From positions 13,077-58,796 of the forward strand of contig CAXTUG010000001.1 of assembly GCA_964247375.1 (NCBI GenBank): 45,720 nucleotides of DNA, in the 5' to 3' direction. Source of the DNA: an uncultured Sphingomonadaceae bacterium (GTDB lineage: Bacteria; Pseudomonadota; Alphaproteobacteria; Sphingomonadales; Sphingomonadaceae). Made by a program: the position numbers and the translations under genes. The notes below the pieces were generated by a model, which saw nothing but the letters and a program-made list of their open reading frames with translations, was not told the origin of the DNA and did not search any database. Below are positions 9,569-18,041 of this stretch, one piece after another; the stretch's first letter is position 1; each line of letters starts with the position of its first letter.

Positions 9569-10014
9569 TGGAACTGGCCTTGCAGCTTCCGGTTGAGCCG
9601 TCCGGCGTCGCACCGTCCCGTGCAAAGGAAGCGCATACGGCTGATCGGGGGAGGGGACGGACACCTGATTTCGAAGCTTGCGTCCACTCGCTGGCTGTCG
9701 CCCTGCTCGACGAGCTGGGAATGCCTTCTTCTCACGGCCATGAGCCCGACGCGGTTGCGGACTACTTGCTTGCCACCTGTCGCGAGATGCCGGATTACCT
9801 CCGAGTCGCGGTGCGGGCGGCCACGCTTGCCATCGACGCGCTGCCTTACGTGACGAGCGGTAAGCCATTTCATTCGCTAGATTTATCGCGACAGGTGCGG
9901 CTGCTGCGCCGCCTCGATCGCCTGCCGATCGGGCCGTTGCGGAGCGTGATCGCCTTCTACCGCGCATTGTCCGTCTATGCCCGGTTCGCCGCGGCCGACG
10001 CCCGGCGCATCTGA
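9565..10014 (+). CDS. Hypothetical protein, possible small partner subunit of the downstream GMC oxidoreductase
   Basis: GTGA-coupled to the UbiA gene and 8 nt before the GMC gene. The helical MPDYLR...FHSLDLSRQVRLL pattern resembles gluconate-2-dehydrogenase subunit-3-like proteins (weak). Confidence 0.6.
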   Translation: MMELALQLPVEPSGVAPSRAKEAHTADRGRGRTPDFEACVHSLAVALLDELGMPSSHGHEPDAVADYLLATCREMPDYLRVAVRAATLAIDALPYVTSGKPFHSLDLSRQVRLLRRLDRLPIGPLRSVIAFYRALSVYARFAAADARRI

Positions 10015-10022
10015 ACTCGGGA

Positions 10023-11510
10023 GTGCTGGCTTTGCGCAGCACGATGACCACAGAAATTCTCGTGATCGGATCCGGACCGGGCGGCGCCGTGACCGCTACC
10101 CTCTGCGCCGAAGCGGGACGCTCCGTGATGATGATCGAAGAGGGGCCAGACCTGCCCGTCTCGTCTGCAGCGCCTTTTTCGCGCGAAGAGCGATTGCAGA
10201 AATATCGCGGCGCCGGGATAGGCATCGCCATGGGGGCGGCCAAGATTGCCTATGTCGAGGGGCGGTGCGTCGGCGGCGGCAGCGAGGTCAATCGCGGTCT
10301 TTATCACCGAACTCCGGCGAGCGTGCTCGAACGATGGCGGGAAGACTACCGCGTTCAGGACAGGTCCGCTGCAGCGCTGGCGCCGCATTTCGAAGCATGT
10401 GAAGCGACGGCCCGCGTCGAGCACCTGCCGGGACCCGCTCCGGGCATCTCGACCCGCTTGGGCGCGGGCGCGGCGGCGCTCGGCTGGGCGGCGACGCCGA
10501 CGGCGCGACTGAACATTTATGACCACAGCGAGCCAAATTCGGGCAAGCAGTCCATGTCGCGCACCTTCGTTCCGCGGTTCCGCGCAGCGGGCGGCCGTCT
10601 GCTGGCCGACCTCCGCGCGTGGCGCATCGTCCGGTCGGGTTCGGGCTGGACGGTCGAGGCGGAACACACCCCCGCCGACGATCCGCCGCGCGCTGTGCTC
10701 ATCCGGGCGGAGCGGGTATACGTCGCGTGCGGGGCGGTGCAGACACCGGCGCTGCTCAGGCGATCGGGTATCCGCCACAATATCGGATCGTCGCTGCGCT
10801 TTCATACGATGCTGAAAGCGGTGGCGGAGTTCGACGATGAAGTGAACCTGCCCGGCGATCTCGATCCTGTCCATCAAATCCGCGAATTCGAGCCCGATAT
10901 CGGGATCGGCTGCTCGATCAGCAGCCCGTCGATGCTCGCGCTAGCGCTCAACGGCAATCCCGAGGGACTCGCTCGGGTGCCGGATCGGTGGCGCCGCATG
11001 GGTATCTACTATGTGCAATCGTCGGCTGGAAAGGCCAAGGTACGAAACCTGCCGTTCGTGCGTGATCCGCTGGTGACCGTCGACTATGCGAAGGACGATC
11101 TAGCCACGTTGACGGGCGGCTTCCACCGCATGGTCGAAGCGCTGTTCGCTGCCGGCGCGAGGCGGGTCTATCCGGCGGTCGCCCACGTCCCAGCGCTCGA
11201 GTCTCCGGCCGATCTGGCGCATTTGCCGGCGCTCGCCGCGCGCGACGGAAGCCTGAGCGCGGTCCATGTCTTCTCTTCCTGCCCGATGGGAGAGAACATG
11301 GCGCGGTGCGCCACCGACTCGTTCGGGCGCGTCCACGGCGTCGAAGGCCTCTATATTGCGGACGCATCCCTGCTGTGCGGGCCGACATCCGTAAATCCTC
11401 AAGGCACCGTAATGGCGATCGCCCACCGGAATGCCAGACACGCGCTGGAATCCGGATGGCAGTGCCGCCGGGCTGCCCACTCCGCAGCGCCGGCCGAAGC
11501 TGTCGTATGA
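10023..11510 (+). CDS. GMC-family FAD-dependent oxidoreductase
   Basis: VIGSGPGG FAD motif, GRCVGGGSEVN, ACGAVQTPALL, HVFSSCPMG, LYIADAS and VNPQGTVMA. Alternative start ATG 10044. Confidence 0.92.
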   Translation: MLALRSTMTTEILVIGSGPGGAVTATLCAEAGRSVMMIEEGPDLPVSSAAPFSREERLQKYRGAGIGIAMGAAKIAYVEGRCVGGGSEVNRGLYHRTPASVLERWREDYRVQDRSAAALAPHFEACEATARVEHLPGPAPGISTRLGAGAAALGWAATPTARLNIYDHSEPNSGKQSMSRTFVPRFRAAGGRLLADLRAWRIVRSGSGWTVEAEHTPADDPPRAVLIRAERVYVACGAVQTPALLRRSGIRHNIGSSLRFHTMLKAVAEFDDEVNLPGDLDPVHQIREFEPDIGIGCSISSPSMLALALNGNPEGLARVPDRWRRMGIYYVQSSAGKAKVRNLPFVRDPLVTVDYAKDDLATLTGGFHRMVEALFAAGARRVYPAVAHVPALESPADLAHLPALAARDGSLSAVHVFSSCPMGENMARCATDSFGRVHGVEGLYIADASLLCGPTSVNPQGTVMAIAHRNARHALESGWQCRRAAHSAAPAEAVV

Positions 11511-12523
11511 GGCATCTGATCACCGGCGGCTCGGGCCTTATCGGCAACCTCGTCGCTCGGCGCCTGCGCACGCGGGGCGATCAGGTACGCGTCCTCGATC
11601 TCTGGTCCGATCCGGAACGGCCGGCCGACATAGAATTCATCCAGGGCAGCATCCTTGATGCTGGTACCGTCGCGTCGGCTATGCGGGACGTTGACGTCGT
11701 GCATCACGGTGCGGCGCTGGTCGCGCAGACCGGGGCGGGCGATGCCTTCCGGGCCGTCAATGTTGAGGGTAGCAGGATTGTGGCGGACGCCGCCGTCGCC
11801 GCACAGGCGAGGGCCGTCGTCCATATCAGTTCGACGTCGGTCTACGGCCTGCCGCCGGATGGGCCGATCACGTCGGCCACGCCCGAGCAACCTTTCGAAT
11901 CCTACGGCCGTTCGAAGCTGGAAGGCGAGCGGATCATGCATGCGGTCTGCGCGCGCGCCGCAATTCCCCTGATCACGATTCGGCCCCGCGTTACGCTCTG
12001 CGCAGGACGGCTCGGCATCTTCGAGCTGCTATTCCAGTGGATCGCGCGAAACCGGCGGGTGTGGATGCTCGGCGACGGCAGCAATCGCATGCAGTTCATT
12101 CATGCTGATGATCTGATCGACTTCTACATGCTCGCGCTCGAGACGCGCCGCACCGGCATCTTCAATGTCGGTACCGATCGCTTCGGCACGTTGCGGTCCG
12201 ACCTGGAGGCGCTGATAGCCCACGCGCGGAGTCGCTCAAGGCTGAGTTCTGTGCCGTCCGCAGCCGCCGGAACCCTGCTGAGCGCGGCGTATCACCTCGG
12301 TCTCTCGCCGATCGTGCCCTGGCACTATCGCACCTATCATCGCCCTTGCCATTTCGACGTGGCGCCGCTGCTCGCGATGGGCTGGCAACCGGTCTACTCG
12401 AACGCGGAAATGCTGTGCGAGAGTTACGACTGGTTCTACCAACAGGCCGGACTTCCCGATCCCGCTCAACAATCCCCGCATCGCTCACGCCTGAAGCGGG
12501 GCCTGCTCCGGCTCACGGCCTGA
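11507..12523 (+). CDS. NAD-dependent epimerase/dehydratase (extended SDR)
   Basis: ATGA overlap with the GMC stop; TGGSGLIG, ISSTSVYG and YGRSK catalytic motif. Confidence 0.9.
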   Translation: MRHLITGGSGLIGNLVARRLRTRGDQVRVLDLWSDPERPADIEFIQGSILDAGTVASAMRDVDVVHHGAALVAQTGAGDAFRAVNVEGSRIVADAAVAAQARAVVHISSTSVYGLPPDGPITSATPEQPFESYGRSKLEGERIMHAVCARAAIPLITIRPRVTLCAGRLGIFELLFQWIARNRRVWMLGDGSNRMQFIHADDLIDFYMLALETRRTGIFNVGTDRFGTLRSDLEALIAHARSRSRLSSVPSAAAGTLLSAAYHLGLSPIVPWHYRTYHRPCHFDVAPLLAMGWQPVYSNAEMLCESYDWFYQQAGLPDPAQQSPHRSRLKRGLLRLTA

Positions 12524-13513
12524 TGCCAAAGGAGAAATGCCGCCTGTCAGCAGCCAAATGATGGTGAAAAGGGCGATCGGCGCCCAGAGAAGCAGGTGGG
12601 TCAGCAGCACTGCCGCAGCCCCGAGCGACCGGTCCACGCCAGCATGGGCGAATGCCTGAACGCCGGCGAATTCAAACGGTCCGAAATGGCCGGGAAGGCT
12701 AGGGACGAGCGTGCCGAGCATGGCGACCGCGTAGGCAAGCAGCGGCGGTGCCGGCGTCCCCGACGAGCCGCCAAGACTGATCCAGGCGCCGCGCGCCACG
12801 CCAGCCTCCAGCCCCCACACCACCAGTGACAGGCCGAACAGCGCAAACAGGCGATCCCATCGGCCGATACGCCCGATCGAGGCCGCTGTGACGACGATAA
12901 TGTCGGCGAGACTCCTTATCCACCGGTTGGAGAAGCGCCGCAGCAGCGTTCGTCCTGCGATGTCGAGCAGCTTGGGAGCGAGCAACAGCGCAACGACGAC
13001 GCCTACCCCCAGCAATGCGGAAACCCTGATGCCTGTCGCGAACTCGCCCATATGTTCTCCGCCCACAGCGAAGAGCGCCACGAGGGCGACGAGCAGCAAC
13101 GACGCCAGATCGAACACCCGCTCGACCACCATCGCGCCGACTACGGTGCCGGCAGGCAGGCCGAAGCGGCGGCCCAACCAGAGGATCCGCAGACCATCGC
13201 CAACCCGTAGCGGCAGGAGATCGCTCATGCCGAAACTCGCCACAAACGGCGCGATCATGCCGCTGAACGGAACCCGTTGTGGTGCGGCGATGCGAAGCAT
13301 AATCCAGAAGCGTGCGCTCCGTAGCACGAAATCCGCCAGTAGCGCGAGCAGTGCGGCGAGCAACGGCAAGGGAGCTGCCCGCGACAGCGATCGTGCGATA
13401 GCCTCGAGATCCAGGCCGCGCGCGACTACGAAGAGCAGCAGGATGCCGGCGGCCGCGCTCAGGCCGACGCGCAGCGCTGGACGGCCATGCCGCGAAACCA
13501 TTCGGTTAATCAT
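12485..13513 (-). CDS. Lysylphosphatidylglycerol-synthase-TM (UPF0104) family membrane protein, putative flippase
   Basis: LRSARF, LLPLRVGDGLR, VVERVFD and PSLPGHFGPFE motifs; multi-TM. Confidence 0.85.
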   Translation of the reverse strand: MINRMVSRHGRPALRVGLSAAAGILLLFVVARGLDLEAIARSLSRAAPLPLLAALLALLADFVLRSARFWIMLRIAAPQRVPFSGMIAPFVASFGMSDLLPLRVGDGLRILWLGRRFGLPAGTVVGAMVVERVFDLASLLLVALVALFAVGGEHMGEFATGIRVSALLGVGVVVALLLAPKLLDIAGRTLLRRFSNRWIRSLADIIVVTAASIGRIGRWDRLFALFGLSLVVWGLEAGVARGAWISLGGSSGTPAPPLLAYAVAMLGTLVPSLPGHFGPFEFAGVQAFAHAGVDRSLGAAAVLLTHLLLWAPIALFTIIWLLTGGISPLASGREPEQAPLQA

Positions 13514-14141
13514 CGTTGGTAAGCTCGTGGCGAAGCTGGAGGGCGGCCAGCATCGTGCGGTTGCTAACGCCGAGCTTCAGATAGATATTCTGCAGATGCA
13601 TTCCTGCCGTGCCCTCTGCGATGCGCAGACGCACCGCGATGGCGCGGTTCGACAGGCCCTCGCAGACGAGGGCGGCCACTTCATGTTCCCTCTGGGTCAG
13701 CGCCGCAATGCTCCTCGTCCGCGGCGACGCCGCCGGTCCCGACAGGCGCGCCATCAAGTCCGGCGGCAGCCAGCGGCCTCCGGCAGCGACGTGTCTCATG
13801 CATTCCAGCAACGTGTCCGCCGCATAGTCTTTGAGCACCAGCCCGCATACGCCGAGCTGGAGCGCTTCCTCGATCTGCGCTCGTGTCAGCGTTGCGGTCA
13901 GAATGACGACCTTGACCGGCAAAGCGCGCTCCGAGACCGATCGCTGAACAGCTAGGCCGCCGAAGTCCGGCATCGAAAGGTCCAGCACCGCGAGATCGGG
14001 AGCCAGCGTCTTGATCAGCGCCAGTGCCCGGCGACCAGACCCGGTCGTGCCGACGATTTCGAACTCGCGTGCCGCCGACATGAGGTCCTGCAATCCCCGC
14101 ATCAGGAGCGGGTGATCGTCGGCGAGAACGACGCGCGGCAT
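13506..14141 (-). CDS. NarL/LuxR-family response regulator
   Basis: REC domain (LADDHPL, VLDLSMPD, VLK) plus HTH (LTQREHEVAALVCEGLSNRAIA...IYLKLGV). Confidence 0.95.
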   Translation of the reverse strand: MPRVVLADDHPLLMRGLQDLMSAAREFEIVGTTGSGRRALALIKTLAPDLAVLDLSMPDFGGLAVQRSVSERALPVKVVILTATLTRAQIEEALQLGVCGLVLKDYAADTLLECMRHVAAGGRWLPPDLMARLSGPAASPRTRSIAALTQREHEVAALVCEGLSNRAIAVRLRIAEGTAGMHLQNIYLKLGVSNRTMLAALQLRHELTNDD

Positions 14142-15808
14142 CAGCCGCCGACCGCGCAGGGCAGGGTGATCTCGAGCCCAAGGCCGGGAGCAGCCCGACT
14201 GATCGTAAACAGGCCGCCGAGATCGGCGACCCGGCGCGACAGGGATTGCGGCAGCGTCCGATCCTGCGGATCGAGTCCCCGGCCGTTGTCGATGATCTTC
14301 ATGGTTAGGGTCGAAGGATCACGGAGAAGAAGAACGCGTAGAATCGTGGCGCTGCCATGCCGCACGGCATTTGCAGTGGCTTCCGAGACGATCTGGAACA
14401 CTTCGTGGCCCAGCCAGCTGGGCACCTCCGCCTCCGACGGATGAAGCTCGATGTCGATTCGGCAGTTCCATTGCCGCTGAAGCGTCTCGGCTTGTTCCAG
14501 CAAGCCGTAGAGGGCGACCTTCGCGGTTTCGCCGGTATTCTCGCTTTCCTCGACGAACTGTCGAAGCCGGCGTTGCTGGGCGCTGACGATCGCGGCGATG
14601 TTGCGGAGCGGCTCCTGCGCGCCGTTCTCGGCCGCGTCGGTTAGCGCCTTCAGCTTCAGGTTGGCCGCCGTCAGCCCCTGGAGCACGCTGTCGTGAAGGT
14701 CGCGGGCCAGCCGCAGCCGCTCCTGAGCACGGATCGAATCCGCCGCCTCTTCGAGCAGCCCGGCCTTCTCCAGCTCGGCGCCGATCCGCCCGGCAATGAT
14801 GTCGATCAGCACCTGCGCCTCGTCACGCCGACAGTCCGGATCGACAACCAGCAACCGCCCGCGATAGTTGAGACCGGAGAAGCCGGCCCCGCAGAAGACC
14901 TGCCGCGACGGCCCGCCTGCGGCGTCGGCGGACTGCCGCTGCTTGAACAGGTCGAGCAGCGCGGCGTCCCGCCCCGCACCGGCCGGTGATCCAAGCTGAT
15001 CGGCTGTTTCGGGATCGTGACTATGCCATATTGTTGGATCGGAGATTTGACGAACCTGGATGCGGTGCTCGGCCCATAGTACCGCGCTGCCGCCCTCTGC
15101 GTCCTGGTTCCACCAGATGACCAGCAGCTTCGCCCCGCCGAGAACCGTTGCGGCGTGCTGCAGCGCATCGCCGAGCCACGCATGCTTGGCAAACGACGGC
15201 GCAGTTGAGGGCCATATGGCGAGCGTCGCGAGCTGTCGGCGGCTTCGCTCCCGATAGGCGCCAAGATAGCCGAGCATAACTGCTGCGATCAGAAAATAGA
15301 CCGACCGCATGATCATCAGGTTCAGCTCGGGATTGCCGTCCCGCAGATCCGGCAGGCCGATTACCAGCAGCTCGAGCTGAAGGACGACGGCGGCCATGGC
15401 GGCACCGGCCAAGCCCCACCGCAACGTCATGGCCAGCAGCAGGAACGGCAGGAAGGCAAAGAAAGGACTGGTCAGCTCGTCCGTCAGTGCCGCGAGCCAA
15501 CCGAGCACGCCCGCGTCGATCAGGTGGATGAAGATGTGCGCGCGGGCGTTCAGCGGCCAGTGCGGCGGATACATGACGAGCAGCATCGAGAAGGAGAGAT
15601 ATATGCCGAGCACGACCTGTGCTTCGCGCGCGAACATCGCCGGCTGGGTTGGATCCAGGAAGATCGCAACGACCGCCATGAACGCGGTTAGCAAGCGCGC
15701 AACACCGATAAGCCATTCGGGATCGGTGGCCAGCAGCGCATCCTGCGCCGATCGGCCCAACGAGGACGACCGACGCCTCCTCGGCCCGCTGACTTCGCGT
15801 GACATCAT
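14141..15808 (-). CDS. Membrane sensor histidine kinase (HisKA_3 type)
   Basis: N-terminal TM bundle; ERLRLARDLHDSVLQ H-box, EATANAVRHG N-box and DNGRG G-box. The ORF is open up to 15862, so the start is uncertain. Confidence 0.92.
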   Translation of the reverse strand: MMSREVSGPRRRRSSSLGRSAQDALLATDPEWLIGVARLLTAFMAVVAIFLDPTQPAMFAREAQVVLGIYLSFSMLLVMYPPHWPLNARAHIFIHLIDAGVLGWLAALTDELTSPFFAFLPFLLLAMTLRWGLAGAAMAAVVLQLELLVIGLPDLRDGNPELNLMIMRSVYFLIAAVMLGYLGAYRERSRRQLATLAIWPSTAPSFAKHAWLGDALQHAATVLGGAKLLVIWWNQDAEGGSAVLWAEHRIQVRQISDPTIWHSHDPETADQLGSPAGAGRDAALLDLFKQRQSADAAGGPSRQVFCGAGFSGLNYRGRLLVVDPDCRRDEAQVLIDIIAGRIGAELEKAGLLEEAADSIRAQERLRLARDLHDSVLQGLTAANLKLKALTDAAENGAQEPLRNIAAIVSAQQRRLRQFVEESENTGETAKVALYGLLEQAETLQRQWNCRIDIELHPSEAEVPSWLGHEVFQIVSEATANAVRHGSATILRVLLLRDPSTLTMKIIDNGRGLDPQDRTLPQSLSRRVADLGGLFTISRAAPGLGLEITLPCAVGG

Positions 15809-16016
15809 CGTTGCGCCCCACGCTTTACCGCACGATTGCGGTATATCCTCCCCGCGAGGCATCGAACATAGACCATCTGGATAGGTCAGTGGAGGATGAT
15901 GGGAGCGAAATCGGGCGCTCTGGCGCTTGCGCGAATTTCACGGCCGCGAACGGCGTTCCCATGTAGAGGTGACCTGCGCCGGATCACGCCGCGGCGATGA
16001 TCATGTGCCGACGATC

Positions 16017-16055
16017 GCATACCGCGCGCGCTTCGGCGAAGCGCGCGCGGTATGC
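16017..16055. repeat. Perfect 18-bp inverted repeat with 3-nt spacer
   Basis: GCATACCGCGCGCGCTTC-GGC-GAAGCGCGCGCGGTATGC in the divergent intergenic region. Confidence 0.9.
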
Positions 16056-16173
16056 CGCAATACGGCCCCGCGTCCGGAAGGCTTAGAGGAATGATCCGCC
16101 ACCCTAAAGGGGTAACGCTGCTACCCTTCTTAGCAGTGGGCGGACACGGCGGGAACGTTCATCAATTTGGGCC

Positions 16174-17676
16174 GTGGACGGGGCGACGGGCAATCTCGAA
16201 ATGCTCTCGCGGAGCGAGGCGGACGGGCGTGCCGAGCACGTGCCGCGTGTCAATCCGCGCCCGCTTGTCGTCGATCTCGATGGCACGCTGCTACGCACGG
16301 ACTCGCTCCACGAGACGTTCGTTGCCGCGGCCTTCTCGCAGCCTGGCGGCGTCGTGAAACTCCTGCTGGCGCTGCGGCACGGACGGGCCGGTTTCAAGAG
16401 CGCGGTTGCGCGTGCCGCAGCATTGGACTGTACGACCTTGCCCTATGACGATGCGATCGTTCAGATGATCGTTGCGCGTCGTGCGGCCGGCGGCGAGGTC
16501 CATTTGGTCACCGCAGCGGACCAGAGCATAGCCGACGGCGTCGCCGCCTATCTCGACTGCTTCACCACGGCGACGGGTAGCGACGGCTGCCTGAACCTGA
16601 AGGGTGAAGCCAAGCGGGCGCATCTCGCGGCGCGCTTTCCGGCTGGCTTCGACTATGTCGGTGACAGCGCCGCAGATCTTGCGGTCTGGCGGCAGAGCGG
16701 TGCTGCGATCATGGTCGGGAAATCGCGCAGGCTTACCGGCGAGATCGCCCGGGCGGGGCTTCCGTGCGAGAACATTCCCCGTCGGAAGGCCAGCCTCAAG
16801 GGTTGGATCAAGCAGCTCCGCATTCATCAGTGGAGCAAGAATAGCCTCATTTTCGTGCCGGCTCTGCTGAACCACGATCTCGTTCAGCCCGAAAAGGCAG
16901 GGCTCGCCGTGTTGGCGTTTCTGCTGTTCGGGCTCGTCGCGTCGGCAACCTACCTTATTAATGATCTGAGCGATCTGCGCGTCGACCGGTTGCATCCTAC
17001 CAAATGTCGTCGTGCCCTGGCTTCCGGGCTAGTCTCGATCCGGCTGGCGGCGACGCTCTCGATCGCGATGCTCGGAGTCGGACTGCTCGGCGCGGCCCTG
17101 ATCAGCCCGGCGCTCTGCGCCGCGCTCGGAAGCTACCTCGTGCTGACGCTCGCTTACTCGTTCCGGTTCAAGCGCGAACCGCTGATTGACACCGTTACGA
17201 TTGCCGGACTGTTCACATTGCGAATTCTCGCCGGCATGGCGCTGGTCGACCGGCCGATCTCGCTCTGGCTGGCCACTTTCACGATGGTTCTCTTCCTCTC
17301 GCTCGCGCTCGCGAAGCGAACGGCGGAGCTCGTCAAGGCTGCAGGTGTCGGGCGGGCCGTGCACGGCCGCGGCTACCAGCCCAACGATCAGGCGCTCACG
17401 CAGAGCTTCGGCGTCGCCGCAGGCCTGCTCTCGGCCATCGTGATGGTGATGTATTTCTCCGTGGATGCCGTGCCGGCCGGCCTTTACGCCCGCGAGGCAC
17501 CGCTCTTTCTGATCCCGCTCGTCCTGTCGCTCTGGATCATGCGGGTCTGGATCCGCGCAAGCCGGGGCGTGCTCAACGACGATCCGGTATTGTTCGCGAT
17601 ACGCGATCGCGTGAGCTGGCTTCACGCACTCGCGATCGCAGGCTGCTGGCTGGCAGCGGTGGTGCCCGGCCGGTGA
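16174..17676 (+). CDS. HAD phosphatase-UbiA prenyltransferase fusion (polyprenyl-phosphate phosphoribosyltransferase-like)
   Basis: N-terminal HAD motifs VVDLDGTL and YVGDSAADL; C-terminal LRIHQWSKN, YLINDLSDLRVDRLHPTKCRR, LAKRTAEL and DDPVLFA. Start may be 16201. Confidence 0.92.
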   Translation: MDGATGNLEMLSRSEADGRAEHVPRVNPRPLVVDLDGTLLRTDSLHETFVAAAFSQPGGVVKLLLALRHGRAGFKSAVARAAALDCTTLPYDDAIVQMIVARRAAGGEVHLVTAADQSIADGVAAYLDCFTTATGSDGCLNLKGEAKRAHLAARFPAGFDYVGDSAADLAVWRQSGAAIMVGKSRRLTGEIARAGLPCENIPRRKASLKGWIKQLRIHQWSKNSLIFVPALLNHDLVQPEKAGLAVLAFLLFGLVASATYLINDLSDLRVDRLHPTKCRRALASGLVSIRLAATLSIAMLGVGLLGAALISPALCAALGSYLVLTLAYSFRFKREPLIDTVTIAGLFTLRILAGMALVDRPISLWLATFTMVLFLSLALAKRTAELVKAAGVGRAVHGRGYQPNDQALTQSFGVAAGLLSAIVMVMYFSVDAVPAGLYAREAPLFLIPLVLSLWIMRVWIRASRGVLNDDPVLFAIRDRVSWLHALAIAGCWLAAVVPGR

Positions 17677-18041
17677 ACGCGCTCTTCCTTGCGCTGATCC
17701 TGTTCAGCGTCTCGCTCAATGCATCGGCCCAGATCCTGTTGCGCAAGGCGATGACTGCGGGGCCGCTGCCGCCGGTCAGCCAGGTGGTGCCGCTGGCCGT
17801 ATCGCTTGGCACCAATCCCTGGCTGATCGCAGGGATGCTCGCTTACGCGGTCAGCATCGGTTCGTGGATGATGGTGCTGAGCCGGGTTCAGGTCAGCGCT
17901 GCATACCCGATGTTGTCGATCGGCTACGTGATCGCAGCGTTAATCGGCATGTTCTTCCTGGGAGAGGCGGTAGGACCGATCCGCTGGGCCGGCATCGCGC
18001 TGATCTGTTGCGGCGTGTTCGTGATTGCGAGGACCGCGTGA
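17673..18041 (+). CDS. SMR/EamA small membrane protein, ArnE/ArnF-like putative flippase
   Basis: 122 aa, 4 TMs; AQILLRK, LSRVQVSAAYPMLSIGYV and LGEAVGPIRWAG. GTGA coupling on both sides. Confidence 0.85.
   Translation: MNALFLALILFSVSLNASAQILLRKAMTAGPLPPVSQVVPLAVSLGTNPWLIAGMLAYAVSIGSWMMVLSRVQVSAAYPMLSIGYVIAALIGMFFLGEAVGPIRWAGIALICCGVFVIARTA

Noticed and set aside
8543-17676. UbiA genes as ubiquinone/menaquinone biosynthesis
   Set aside because: Their motifs (QWxKN/HMTKH, DxxHPxKxxR, KRxxE), the HAD fusion and the context fit the phosphoribosyltransferase subfamily rather than 4-hydroxybenzoate prenyltransferase.
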